DNA of 64,000 nucleotides from the NCBI RefSeq assembly GCF_039977455.1, contig NZ_JBDWDG010000022.1, positions 452,983 to 516,982 of the forward strand, given 5' to 3'. A program made the position numbers and the translations under genes. Shown here one piece after another: positions 29,067-38,392 of the stretch. The notes beneath the pieces were generated by a model. That model worked only from the letters and a program-made list of their open reading frames with translations. It was not told where the DNA came from and ran no database searches. Every line of letters begins with the position of its first letter. Position 1 is the stretch's first letter. This DNA comes from Algibacter sp. Lineage in GTDB: Bacteria; Bacteroidota; Bacteroidia; Flavobacteriales; Flavobacteriaceae.

Positions 29067-30418
29067 CTATTAAAAGTTAAACGTTTTGCTGCTTTAACAT
29101 CATTAAACTTCGCATTATGATACACCAAGGTACCATTTAAAAATGTATGTGTAATTCTAGATTTAAAAGTCGCGCCCTCAAAAGGTGACCACCCACATTT
29201 ATATAAAATATTATCTTTTGTTACGGTCCATGGGTTATTTAAATCCACCAAAACCATATCGGCAAAATAACCTTCTTTAATGTACCCTCGTTTTTCAACT
29301 TGAAATAATATTGACGGGTTATGGCACATTTTCTCTACAATTTTTTCTAAAGATATTTTTTCTTTATGAAACATTTCTAACATGGCTGGTAAGGCATGTT
29401 GCACTAACGGGCCACCTGAAGGCGCACTAGTATAAACGTTATCTTTTTCCTCCTTAGTATGTGGCGCATGATCTGTTGCAATAACATCTATTCTATCATC
29501 CAAAAGTGCTTCCCATAATTGGTCCCTATCTTTTTCGCCTTTTACCGCAGGATTCCACTTAATTAAAGTACCCTTTTTATCGTAATCTTCATCAGAAAAC
29601 CATAAATGATGGATACAAACCTCGGCAGTAATTTTCTTTTCGGCTAAAGGTATTTTATTTGTAAACAAACTCGTTTCTTTTCCAGTAGATAAATGGAACA
29701 CATGTAATCTTGCTCCTGTTTTTTTAGCCAATTCTATAGCCTTCGATGAGGATATATAGCAAGCTTCCTCACTTCTAATAATAGGATGATATTTTACAGG
29801 AATATCGTCTCCAAACTTTTCAATATGTGCCTTTAAATTTTCCTTAATAGTACCCTCGTCTTCGCAATGCACAGAAATTACCATATCGGTACTTTCAAAA
29901 ATTTTCTCTAAAACTTCAGGGTTATCAACCAACATATTTCCTGTCGATGATCCTAAAAATAATTTTAAACCCGCTACTTTGGTTTTATCTACTTTTAAAA
30001 TTTCGTCTAAATTGTCGTTAGTACCACCAAACATAAACGAATAATTTGCAGATGATGTTTTTGCCGCAATATCAAATTTCTCCTCCAACTTTTCAATGGT
30101 AGTAGACTGTGGGTTTGTATTTGGCATTTCAATAAAAGAGGTAATACCTCCTGCAATGGCTGCTTTAGATTCGGTTTCAATATTCCCCTTATGCGTTAAT
30201 CCCGGTTCTCTAAAATGAACCTGATCATCTATAACACCTGGCAACAGATATTTTCCTTCGGCATCATAAACTTGAACATCGGCAGATTTAGGACTAATAA
30301 ACTCTCCTATTTGCTTAATATAATCACCTTCAATCAATACATCGCCATTAAAAATAGTGCCTTCGTTAACTATTTTAGCATTCTTAATTAGTTTAGTTTT
30401 CATTTGCATACGTTTCAT
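29063..30418 (-). CDS. pyrC: Dihydroorotase (amidohydrolase family)
   Basis: PGVIDDQVHFREPG, EMPNT, KWNPA, ATDHAPH. Confidence 0.88.
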   Translation of the reverse strand: MKRMQMKTKLIKNAKIVNEGTIFNGDVLIEGDYIKQIGEFISPKSADVQVYDAEGKYLLPGVIDDQVHFREPGLTHKGNIETESKAAIAGGITSFIEMPNTNPQSTTIEKLEEKFDIAAKTSSANYSFMFGGTNDNLDEILKVDKTKVAGLKLFLGSSTGNMLVDNPEVLEKIFESTDMVISVHCEDEGTIKENLKAHIEKFGDDIPVKYHPIIRSEEACYISSSKAIELAKKTGARLHVFHLSTGKETSLFTNKIPLAEKKITAEVCIHHLWFSDEDYDKKGTLIKWNPAVKGEKDRDQLWEALLDDRIDVIATDHAPHTKEEKDNVYTSAPSGGPLVQHALPAMLEMFHKEKISLEKIVEKMCHNPSILFQVEKRGYIKEGYFADMVLVDLNNPWTVTKDNILYKCGWSPFEGATFKSRITHTFLNGTLVYHNAKFNDVKAAKRLTFNR

Positions 30419-31137
30419 TTCTTAAATAAACTTTTCAACTTCATTGAGATAACCCCAAAAATAGCTTCAGAAATAATTCCTGAATGTAATTTTGATTCTC
30501 CTAATGTTCTATCAGTAAATATAACTGGTACTTCTACAATTTTAAATCCTTTTAAATAGGCTTTAAACTTCATTTCTATTTGAAAGGCATAACCAATAAA
30601 CTTTACAGCATCTAAATCTATGGTTTCCAAAACTTTCTTTTTATAACACACAAATCCTGCAGTAGTATCATGGATTTTCATACCTGTAATAAGACGCACA
30701 TATTTTGATGCGCCGTAAGACATAAGTACTCTATTCATTGGCCAATTAACCACATTTACCCCTGTTTTATAGCGCGATCCTATAGCTAAATCAGCCCCTT
30801 CATTATGGCAAGCATGGTACAATTTTAAAATATCCTCTGGATTATGCGAGAAATCGGCATCCATTTCAAAAATATAGTCATAGCCTTTTGCTAGACTCCA
30901 TTTAAAGCCATGAATATATGCTGTACCCAACCCAGATTTTTCCTTTCTAACTTCTAAAAACAATTTATCTTTAAACTCTTCTTGAAGCTCCTTAACCTTT
31001 AAGGCTGTTAAATCTGGCGAATTATCATCGACTATAAGAACATGTAACATAGGTGATTGCGAAAACACAGCCCTAATTATGGCTTCTATATTTTCAATCT
31101 CATTATATGTTGGAATAATTACAACCGTTTTCGACAT
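30415..31137 (-). CDS. Polyprenol monophosphomannose synthase (GT2)
   Basis: IIPTYNE, VDDNSPD, GLGTAY, MDADFSH; start moved to the ATG at 31137 because a -7 element overlaps the upstream TTG. Confidence 0.88.
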   Translation of the reverse strand: MSKTVVIIPTYNEIENIEAIIRAVFSQSPMLHVLIVDDNSPDLTALKVKELQEEFKDKLFLEVRKEKSGLGTAYIHGFKWSLAKGYDYIFEMDADFSHNPEDILKLYHACHNEGADLAIGSRYKTGVNVVNWPMNRVLMSYGASKYVRLITGMKIHDTTAGFVCYKKKVLETIDLDAVKFIGYAFQIEMKFKAYLKGFKIVEVPVIFTDRTLGESKLHSGIISEAIFGVISMKLKSLFKK

Positions 31138-31252
31138 ATCCTCTTTGGTCAATCTTTTTTCTTTTGGCAAATGTACATTAATCGATTTTTATTTATTTTA
31201 AATATTCCTTAATAATATCTAGTAATATTAAAAATTATGATAATTTTATCGC

Positions 31253-31900
31253 ATGCTTCGACACCTCGTTTCAAACGAAATATTTACCGTCCTGTTAATT
31301 ATAGGCTTATTAATTGTAGCTATAGCCAAATTAACAGCGCCAAAACGTTTTGATGACTTTGTTTTAGTCCTAGGAAATGATAGGTACTTGAAAATTTACT
31401 CTAGAGATCAGAAATTTTTCGACAAGTTTGATGCCTTACTATTTACCAACTTAATTATTTCGGTTTCAGTGTTCTGTTTTATAAGTTATAAACAACTTAC
31501 CAATACCCAAATTATTTCTGCCAACACCATGTTTAAACTCACCTTTAGTATTGGTGTTTTTATCCTAATTAAGGTCCTTATTGAGCGATTAATTGGTAGT
31601 CTTTTAGAAATTGATAAACTTATAGACCAATATCTTTTTCAAAAAATAAGTTTTAAAAATTATTTAGGTCTTTTATTATTACCCATCAACGCTTTATTGT
31701 TGTACACCTTTACGCCAACATTAACAATAATTTACGTAATTGTTATTATAATGCTAATTGTTAATATTATTGGCTTAATTAGTTCATTTAAAACACATCA
31801 AAGTTTAATAAAAAACAACTTGTTTTATTTTATTTTGTATCTTTGCGCTCTCGAAATCGCACCCTATATCATTTTATATAAGGTATTTATTTCTAATTAA
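31253..31900 (+). CDS. DUF4271 membrane protein
   Basis: Multi-TM protein ending YFILYLCALEIAP. Confidence 0.85.
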   Translation: MLRHLVSNEIFTVLLIIGLLIVAIAKLTAPKRFDDFVLVLGNDRYLKIYSRDQKFFDKFDALLFTNLIISVSVFCFISYKQLTNTQIISANTMFKLTFSIGVFILIKVLIERLIGSLLEIDKLIDQYLFQKISFKNYLGLLLLPINALLLYTFTPTLTIIYVIVIIMLIVNIIGLISSFKTHQSLIKNNLFYFILYLCALEIAPYIILYKVFISN

Positions 31901-31923
31901 AAGAAAAACAAACGCTAGCGCTT

Positions 31924-32673
31924 ATGAAAGTGAAAACCATTTTAGTATCTCAACCAGAACCTAAAATAGAGAACTCTCCCTACTTTGATTTACAAGAAAA
32001 GCAACGTGTAAAAATTGATTTTAGACCATTTATTCATGTTGAAGGTGTGTCTGCCAAAGAAATTAGGCATCAAAAGATTGATTTAGCCGATTACACTGCT
32101 ATTATTTTAACAAGTAGAAATGCTGTTGATCATTTTTTTAGAATAGCTGAAGAAATGCGATTTAAAGTTCCAGACTCTATGAAGTATTTTTGTCAGTCTG
32201 AAGCTGTGGCATACTACCTACAAAAATATGTAGTGTACAGAAAACGTAAAATTTATGTTGGGAAACGTACTTTTGCTGAATTATCGCCTTTAATTAAAAA
32301 ATACAAAGACGAAAAATTCCTATTACCTAATACAGATAAGGTAAAGCCGGCTGTCCCAGATACACTTGATGCTTTAGGGGTTAATTGGAAACAAGCTACA
32401 TTTTACAAAACTGTAGTTAGTGATTTATCTGATTTAGCAAACGTATCGTACGATGTGTTGGTATTTTTCAGTCCTTCTGGTATAGAATCTTTATTTCAAA
32501 ACTTTCCAGATTTTAAACAAAACGAAACTAGAATCGCTGTTTTTGGAAATACCACTATTAAAGCTGTTGAAGAAAAAGGATTACGTGTAGATATTGCTGC
32601 TCCAACTCCTGAAACTCCTTCAATGACCATGGCGTTACAGAAATATATTGAAAAGGCTAATAAAGGGAAATAA
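31924..32673 (+). CDS. hemD: Uroporphyrinogen-III synthase family
   Basis: ILVSQP, IILTSRNAV, VFFSPSG, FGNTT. Confidence 0.85.
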   Translation: MKVKTILVSQPEPKIENSPYFDLQEKQRVKIDFRPFIHVEGVSAKEIRHQKIDLADYTAIILTSRNAVDHFFRIAEEMRFKVPDSMKYFCQSEAVAYYLQKYVVYRKRKIYVGKRTFAELSPLIKKYKDEKFLLPNTDKVKPAVPDTLDALGVNWKQATFYKTVVSDLSDLANVSYDVLVFFSPSGIESLFQNFPDFKQNETRIAVFGNTTIKAVEEKGLRVDIAAPTPETPSMTMALQKYIEKANKGK

Positions 32674-32694
32674 GACTTTATTTTATTATAGATT

Positions 32695-32734
32695 AAAAAA
32701 AGGGGATAATTTTAAAAAATTATCCCCTTTTTTT
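32695..32734. terminator. Bidirectional terminator after hemD
   Basis: A7-GGGGATAATT-TTAAAA-AATTATCCCC-T7 inverted repeat. Confidence 0.85.
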
Positions 32735-32905
32735 GGTTATCATATTAACTTAAATCAAACTAATAATATTTTAAAAATAGACTACCACCCCCAATTCTAA
32801 ACAATAATTTATAAGAATTGACTTTTAATTTATAAACCATTCCTTAACTATTTTGTAATATTGAGTATGATTTAACATTACAATTTTCTGTCAAAGTCAA
32901 ACACC

Positions 32906-34471
32906 ATGATAAAACATTGTTTAAAAACATACTATACTTCTTTTTTGTTCTTAGTCTTAACAACAATAGTGTATGGTAGTGTTTTATCTAGTACAGAATC
33001 TAATAACGGTGAAATAACAACATTACTACCTCCTAGTTGCACCACCTTAATTAAGCCATTACATGGAGATACTGATGTATCTGTAGAAACCAATTTTACT
33101 TGGGATTTTATTCCAAATGCTACAGGATATAAACTCACCCTAGGTACAACTCCAGGAGCCACAGATATTCTTGATCATTTTGATGTTGGCAACTCTACCT
33201 TTTACAACCTACCGGTAAATTTACCGGGAAGCTCAAATATTTATGTAACAATAACGCCTTATAATACCGATGGTGACGCTACAACCTGCATTGAAGAAAA
33301 CTTTATTACCGGTGCATCAGCACCAGGGCTTACCTGCACCAATCTAGTACAACCGTTAAATAATGCTATTAATGTATCTGTTGCAACAGATTTAAAATGG
33401 CTTAAAGTGCAAAATGCAACAGGATATAGATTATCTATCGGCACAACGGTAAGCGGAACGGAACTTTTAAACAACTTTGATATTGGAAACACAACAACTT
33501 ACAACCTTTCAGGAAACTACCCTGCTAATACAAGTATTTATGTAACCATAATACCTTACGACGCGTCTGGAGATAATTCCTCATGTATACAAGAACACTT
33601 TATAACAAGAGGTTCGGGTTTAGCGCCAAACTGTACAACGCTTTCTATTCCAAAGGATGGTGATACAGATGTTCTTTTTAATACAGACTTAACATGGCTT
33701 GCCGCCTCAGAGGCTACAGGATACACATTAAGTATTGGTACTACTGCTGGAGGTACCGATATATTAAACAATTTTGATGTAGGCAGCAACAATTACTACA
33801 ATCCAACAAACGATTTCCCCGGAAACACCCGTGTTTTTGTTACCATAACACCTTATAACAACCAAGGTAACGCCACTAGTTGTGTATCTGAAAGCTTTAC
33901 AACGGGAGCTGTGTTTCCTGTTCCTAATTGCACAAAACTAGTTTTACCCTTGGCAGATGCTTTTGATGTTCCTGTGGGTACCGATTTAGAATGGCTTCCA
34001 ATTTCAGACGCTACCGGTTATATGCTGACGGTTGAAACATTTACCGATAATATTGATATCTATAATCGATTTGATGTTGGAAATATAACACGCTACGATA
34101 TCCCTGCCGATCTTCCAGAAAACACTAGAATCTATGTTATTATAGAGCCTTACAATTTAGCAGGTGAAGCTATAGGATGTACCGAAGAAATTTTTACTAC
34201 TGGAAAAGCTGGCATTCATTTACCACCAAAATTTTTCACCCCAAATAACGACGGAATCCATGACTTCTGGATAACCCCAAACCCCGTAAACAGGATAGCA
34301 CATGTTAACATCTATAATCGCTACGGCAAACTTTTAAAAACGATAATTGATATTGAAAAAGGTTGGGATGGTACAAGTAATGGTAATATGTTACCAACTG
34401 ATGATTATTGGTATCAAATCGTTTACAATGATAGTTCTACTCTACAAGGACACATGAGTTTAAAGCGATAA
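32906..34471 (+). CDS. T9SS type-B (gliding-motility CTD) protein with four FnIII-like repeats
   Basis: Signal peptide; four 99-aa repeats; C-terminal FFTPNNDG, IYNRYGK, GWDG, DDYWY, GHMSLKR. Confidence 0.9.
   Translation: MIKHCLKTYYTSFLFLVLTTIVYGSVLSSTESNNGEITTLLPPSCTTLIKPLHGDTDVSVETNFTWDFIPNATGYKLTLGTTPGATDILDHFDVGNSTFYNLPVNLPGSSNIYVTITPYNTDGDATTCIEENFITGASAPGLTCTNLVQPLNNAINVSVATDLKWLKVQNATGYRLSIGTTVSGTELLNNFDIGNTTTYNLSGNYPANTSIYVTIIPYDASGDNSSCIQEHFITRGSGLAPNCTTLSIPKDGDTDVLFNTDLTWLAASEATGYTLSIGTTAGGTDILNNFDVGSNNYYNPTNDFPGNTRVFVTITPYNNQGNATSCVSESFTTGAVFPVPNCTKLVLPLADAFDVPVGTDLEWLPISDATGYMLTVETFTDNIDIYNRFDVGNITRYDIPADLPENTRIYVIIEPYNLAGEAIGCTEEIFTTGKAGIHLPPKFFTPNNDGIHDFWITPNPVNRIAHVNIYNRYGKLLKTIIDIEKGWDGTSNGNMLPTDDYWYQIVYNDSSTLQGHMSLKR
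33029..34205 (+). repeat. Four tandem 297-bp coding repeats
   Basis: First Cys codons at 33038, 33335, 33632 and 33929, exactly 297 bp apart. Confidence 0.9.
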
Positions 34472-34505
34472 AACCGTATTCTTTACATTATATAATACCT
34501 AAAAT

Positions 34506-34532
34506 AAGGGATAATTATAAAATTACCCCTTT
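34506..34532. terminator. Terminator between the T9SS-B gene and pckA
   Basis: AAGGGATAATT-ATAA-AATTACCCCTT. Confidence 0.65.
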
Positions 34533-34578
34533 ATAGATTAAAACTAAGGCCTTTATAAAAATAAAAACAATTAGTTAT

Positions 34579-36195
34579 TTAAAACGCATAGCGTTGTGGG
34601 CCACCACGTCTTATTTCTTCGGTACAATGCGCTTCAAACTTTTTAAAGTTTTCTCTAAACGCATTGGTTAATTTAAAAGCAGTAGTGTAATAAGCCTCAT
34701 CATCATCCCAAGTAGATCTTGGACTTAAGACACTTGTTGGTACACCTGGACAACTTCTTGGTTGCGCTACACCAAACACCGAATGAATGTGGTAATCATC
34801 ATAATTATAAAGTCCTAAATCTCCATTTAAAACGGCATTAATCATGGCGCGAGTGTACTTTAATTTCATTCGTGTTCCAACACCATAAGGACCACCAGTC
34901 CAACCAGTGTTTACTAACCACACATTAACACCAGCCTTTATCATTTTATCACTTAACATTTCTGCGTATTTAGCAGGATGCAAAGGCATAAAAGGTGCTC
35001 CAAAACATGCCGAAAATGATGGCACAGGTTCCTTAACACCAGCTTCTGTTCCTGCTACCTTAGCAGTATAACCAGATATAAAATGGTAAGCCGCTTGGCT
35101 AGGTGTTAACTTCGAAATTGGTGGAATAACTCCAAAAGCATCAGCCGTTAAAAAAAATATATTTTTCGGATTTTTACCTATAGAAGGTACTTGTATATTT
35201 TCAATATGATGAATAGGATAACTTACACGTGTATTTTGTGTAATAGATGTATCAGTAAAATCTACATCACCTTTATCATTTAAAATAACATTTTCTAGAA
35301 TTGCACCCTTTTTAATGGCATCGTATATTTCAGGTTCATTATCTCTTGATAAATTAATAACCTTAGCATAGCAACCACCTTCAAAATTAAATACGGTGTT
35401 TTCGTTTGTCCAACCGTGCTCATCATCACCAATTAAACTTCTATTTGGATCCGTTGATAACGTTGTTTTTCCTGTACCCGATAAGCCAAAAAAGATAGCT
35501 GTATCTCCATCTTTACCAACATTAGCACTGCAATGCATAGGCATCGTATTCTTAAAAACAGGTAATATAAAATTTAATGCAGAAAAAATACCTTTTTTAA
35601 TTTCGCCTGTATAACCAGTTCCACCAATTAAGGCTATTTTTTTTGTGAAATTTAAAATCGCAAAGTTATGTTGACGTGTTCCATCCTCTTCAGCTACAGC
35701 CATAAATCCTGGAGCATTAACAATAGTCCATTCTGGGTTAAAATTTTCTAGCTCCGCATCTGTTAGGCGTAAAAACATATTGTATGCAAACTGATTACTC
35801 CAAGGGTATTCATTAATGACACGAATTTTTAGCTTATAATTTTCATCTGAACAGGCATAACAATCACGCACAAACAGCTCTTTTTCAGATAAATAATCAA
35901 CAACCTTAGCATATAACTTATCAAAATCATTGGGCTCAAACGGAATATTGACATTACCCCACCAAATCCTATCTTTAGTTACCTCGTCTTTAACTATAAA
36001 TCGATCTTTGGGAGAACGCCCCGTAAATTCACCTGTATTAACTGCCAATGCACCAGAAGCTGCTTCGACACCCAACCCTTTTGATACCGTAATATCATGT
36101 AATTTTTGGGGAGTTAATTGATAGTTTACTTTGGCACTTTTAATACCGTACTTTTCTAACGAAATCGTTTTCGTAACTTCACTGTTATTTCCCAT
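34579..36195 (-). CDS. pckA: Phosphoenolpyruvate carboxykinase (ATP)
   Basis: TGRSPKDRF, GEIKKG, FFGLSGTGKTTLS, IGDDEHGW, WLVNTGW. Confidence 0.98.
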   Translation of the reverse strand: MGNNSEVTKTISLEKYGIKSAKVNYQLTPQKLHDITVSKGLGVEAASGALAVNTGEFTGRSPKDRFIVKDEVTKDRIWWGNVNIPFEPNDFDKLYAKVVDYLSEKELFVRDCYACSDENYKLKIRVINEYPWSNQFAYNMFLRLTDAELENFNPEWTIVNAPGFMAVAEEDGTRQHNFAILNFTKKIALIGGTGYTGEIKKGIFSALNFILPVFKNTMPMHCSANVGKDGDTAIFFGLSGTGKTTLSTDPNRSLIGDDEHGWTNENTVFNFEGGCYAKVINLSRDNEPEIYDAIKKGAILENVILNDKGDVDFTDTSITQNTRVSYPIHHIENIQVPSIGKNPKNIFFLTADAFGVIPPISKLTPSQAAYHFISGYTAKVAGTEAGVKEPVPSFSACFGAPFMPLHPAKYAEMLSDKMIKAGVNVWLVNTGWTGGPYGVGTRMKLKYTRAMINAVLNGDLGLYNYDDYHIHSVFGVAQPRSCPGVPTSVLSPRSTWDDDEAYYTTAFKLTNAFRENFKKFEAHCTEEIRRGGPQRYAF

Positions 36196-36256
36196 AACTT
36201 GGCTCTAAATTATATTAAAACACAAAATAAAGATATTTTTTTCAAGCATCCCTAAA

Positions 36257-36655
36257 TTAATCGACTTTTTTCGAAGAAATATTCAAAAAAGATACTATCA
36301 TAAAACACCACGCCACAATTAACAATAACCCGCCTATTGGCGTTATAAAACCAATAGATTTAAAATTAAAACCAGACAATGTATTTGTCGCTAACCCATA
36401 AATAGAACCAGAAAAAAACAAAAGCCCGATAACAACCAAATAGAAAATGATGCTTTTAGTTTTTGTCTCAATTAAAGTACTATGGCCAATAAATAAAAGT
36501 AATAAGGCATGATACATTTGGTAGCGCACCCCTGTTTCAAAAGTTTGTTGAGCTGTTTCAGGAATTAATTCCTTTAAGGCATGGGCACCAAAAGCTCCCA
36601 AAATAATACTCACAACTCCCAAAATAGCACCAGTAACCAATATTGTTTTATTCAT
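36257..36655 (-). CDS. DUF423 membrane protein
   Basis: LGAFGAH, FETGVRYQMYHA, FSGSIY, ITPIGG. Confidence 0.92.
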   Translation of the reverse strand: MNKTILVTGAILGVVSIILGAFGAHALKELIPETAQQTFETGVRYQMYHALLLLFIGHSTLIETKTKSIIFYLVVIGLLFFSGSIYGLATNTLSGFNFKSIGFITPIGGLLLIVAWCFMIVSFLNISSKKVD

Positions 36656-36755
36656 CTTCCTTTAGTTATTCTTTAAAATTACACTTAATAATTAGTAAAT
36701 TAGTCCAATAAAATGCCAAAACAGCATATCTCTTATCACAACAAATTTACTTAAT

Positions 36756-38120
36756 ATGCGAAAGATTTTAGTCATTGGTTCAGGAAAATCAACAGCCTAC
36801 TTATTAAAATATCTTCTAGATAAATCCGATTCCGAAAATTTATTTATTACGGTAGGCGATTTAAATCTAGACCAAGCAAAATCGTTAATTGGCAACCATA
36901 AAAAGGCTAAAGCTATCCACTTAGATGTGTTTGATAACTCATCAAGAATTCATGCCATTAAAAATGCAGATATTGTAATATCTATGCTTCCAGCTCACTT
37001 TCATATTGAAGTTGCTAAGGATTGTATTACCTACAAAAAACACATGGTAACGGCAAGTTACGTAAGTCCAGAAATGCAAAATCTGGACCTCGACGCTAAA
37101 GCTAACAACCTAGTTTTAATGAATGAAATTGGAGTCGATCCCGGAATAGACCACATGAGTGCCATGCAAGTTTTAGACAGCATCAGAGATAAAGGTGGTA
37201 AAATTATTTTATTTGAATCCTTTACCGGCGGTTTAGTAGCGCCCGAAAGCGACAATAATCTTTGGAATTACAAGTTTACTTGGAACCCTAGAAATGTAGT
37301 GATTGCAGGACAAGGCGGAGCAGCTAAATTTCTTCAAGAAGGCGCATACAAATACATTCCGTATAACCGTTTGTTTAGGCGCACAGAATTTTTAGAAATC
37401 CCGAATTTTGGACGTTTTGAAGTTTATGCCAACCGCGACTCCTTAAAATACCAAAGCGTTTATGGCTTAGATAACGTTAAAACACTATACCGCGGCACCA
37501 TGCGTCGTGTAGGTTTTAGTCGTGCATGGCATATTTTTGCTACACTTGGTATGACGGACGATAGCTACACCATAGACGACAGTGAAAACATGAGTTACCG
37601 CGATTTTGTAAACGCATTTCTCCCTTACAGTACTACAGACTCCGTAGAGTTAAAACTGCGCCACCAGCTAAAAATCGATCAAGATGATGTGGTTTGGGAT
37701 AAACTCGTAGAACTCGATATTTTCAATCCTAATAAACCTGTAGAACTCAAAAAAGCAACTCCCGCACAAATCCTACAAAAAATATTAATGGATAGCTGGA
37801 CCTTATCAAAAACGGACAAAGACATGATAGTGATGTATCATAAATTCGGTTACGAACTACACGGAAACCAACATCAAATAGACGCAAACATGGTTGCACT
37901 AGGCGAAGACCAAACCTATACCGCTATGGCAAAAACCGTGGGACTACCCGTTGCCATGGCTGCACTTGCCATTTTAAATGGCAAAATAAAAACTCCTGGC
38001 GTTCAAATTCCTATCACCAAAGAGGTCTATCAACCCATTTTAAAAGAACTCGAAAACTACGGCATTACGTTTCAAGAAAAAGAAGTCCCTTATTTAGGCT
38101 ACAACCCTTTAAACATTTAA
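36756..38120 (+). CDS. Saccharopine dehydrogenase family protein
   Basis: IGSGKS, SMLP, TASY, EIGVDPGIDH, FTWNPRNV, AMAKTVG. Confidence 0.92.
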   Translation: MRKILVIGSGKSTAYLLKYLLDKSDSENLFITVGDLNLDQAKSLIGNHKKAKAIHLDVFDNSSRIHAIKNADIVISMLPAHFHIEVAKDCITYKKHMVTASYVSPEMQNLDLDAKANNLVLMNEIGVDPGIDHMSAMQVLDSIRDKGGKIILFESFTGGLVAPESDNNLWNYKFTWNPRNVVIAGQGGAAKFLQEGAYKYIPYNRLFRRTEFLEIPNFGRFEVYANRDSLKYQSVYGLDNVKTLYRGTMRRVGFSRAWHIFATLGMTDDSYTIDDSENMSYRDFVNAFLPYSTTDSVELKLRHQLKIDQDDVVWDKLVELDIFNPNKPVELKKATPAQILQKILMDSWTLSKTDKDMIVMYHKFGYELHGNQHQIDANMVALGEDQTYTAMAKTVGLPVAMAALAILNGKIKTPGVQIPITKEVYQPILKELENYGITFQEKEVPYLGYNPLNI

Positions 38121-38125
38121 TATTT

Positions 38126-38213
38126 GGGCGTTACCCAAGGGTCGGGCTTTGCGCTGCAAGTCCTCGCACCTCCTACGTCGGGCTGTAGGCTTTCCACTGC
38201 AATCCCTAACGCA
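38126..38213 (+). repeat. Dispersed structured repeat, copy 4 (Flavo-1-like)
   Basis: GGGCGTTACCCAAGGGTCGGGC...AAGTCCTCGCACCTCCTACGTCGGGC...CAATCCCTAACGCA; starts a few nt after the stop codon. Confidence 0.85.
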
Positions 38214-38325
38214 ATTTATAGTTTCAATTTTAAATCAAATACTTACATGTATGTTTTAGCTTGAAATAAGGCCATTATTTTCCCGTCTTAAGGGAATGCA
38301 TACAACTAAGCGCTTTTTATAAAAC

Positions 38326-38355
38326 AAAAAAACCCAGACTATGCTGGGATTTTTT
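38326..38355. terminator. Terminator after glyQS
   Basis: A-run, CCCAG-ACTATG-CTGGG, T-run. Confidence 0.7.
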
Positions 38356-38392
38356 TATTACTATATAAAGTTACTACTTTCGCAGACTTCAA

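Noticed and set aside
38279-38300. TCCCGTCTTAAGGGAATG as another ATTCCC-type REP copy
   Set aside because: It is too short and degenerate to separate from chance without a genome-wide profile.
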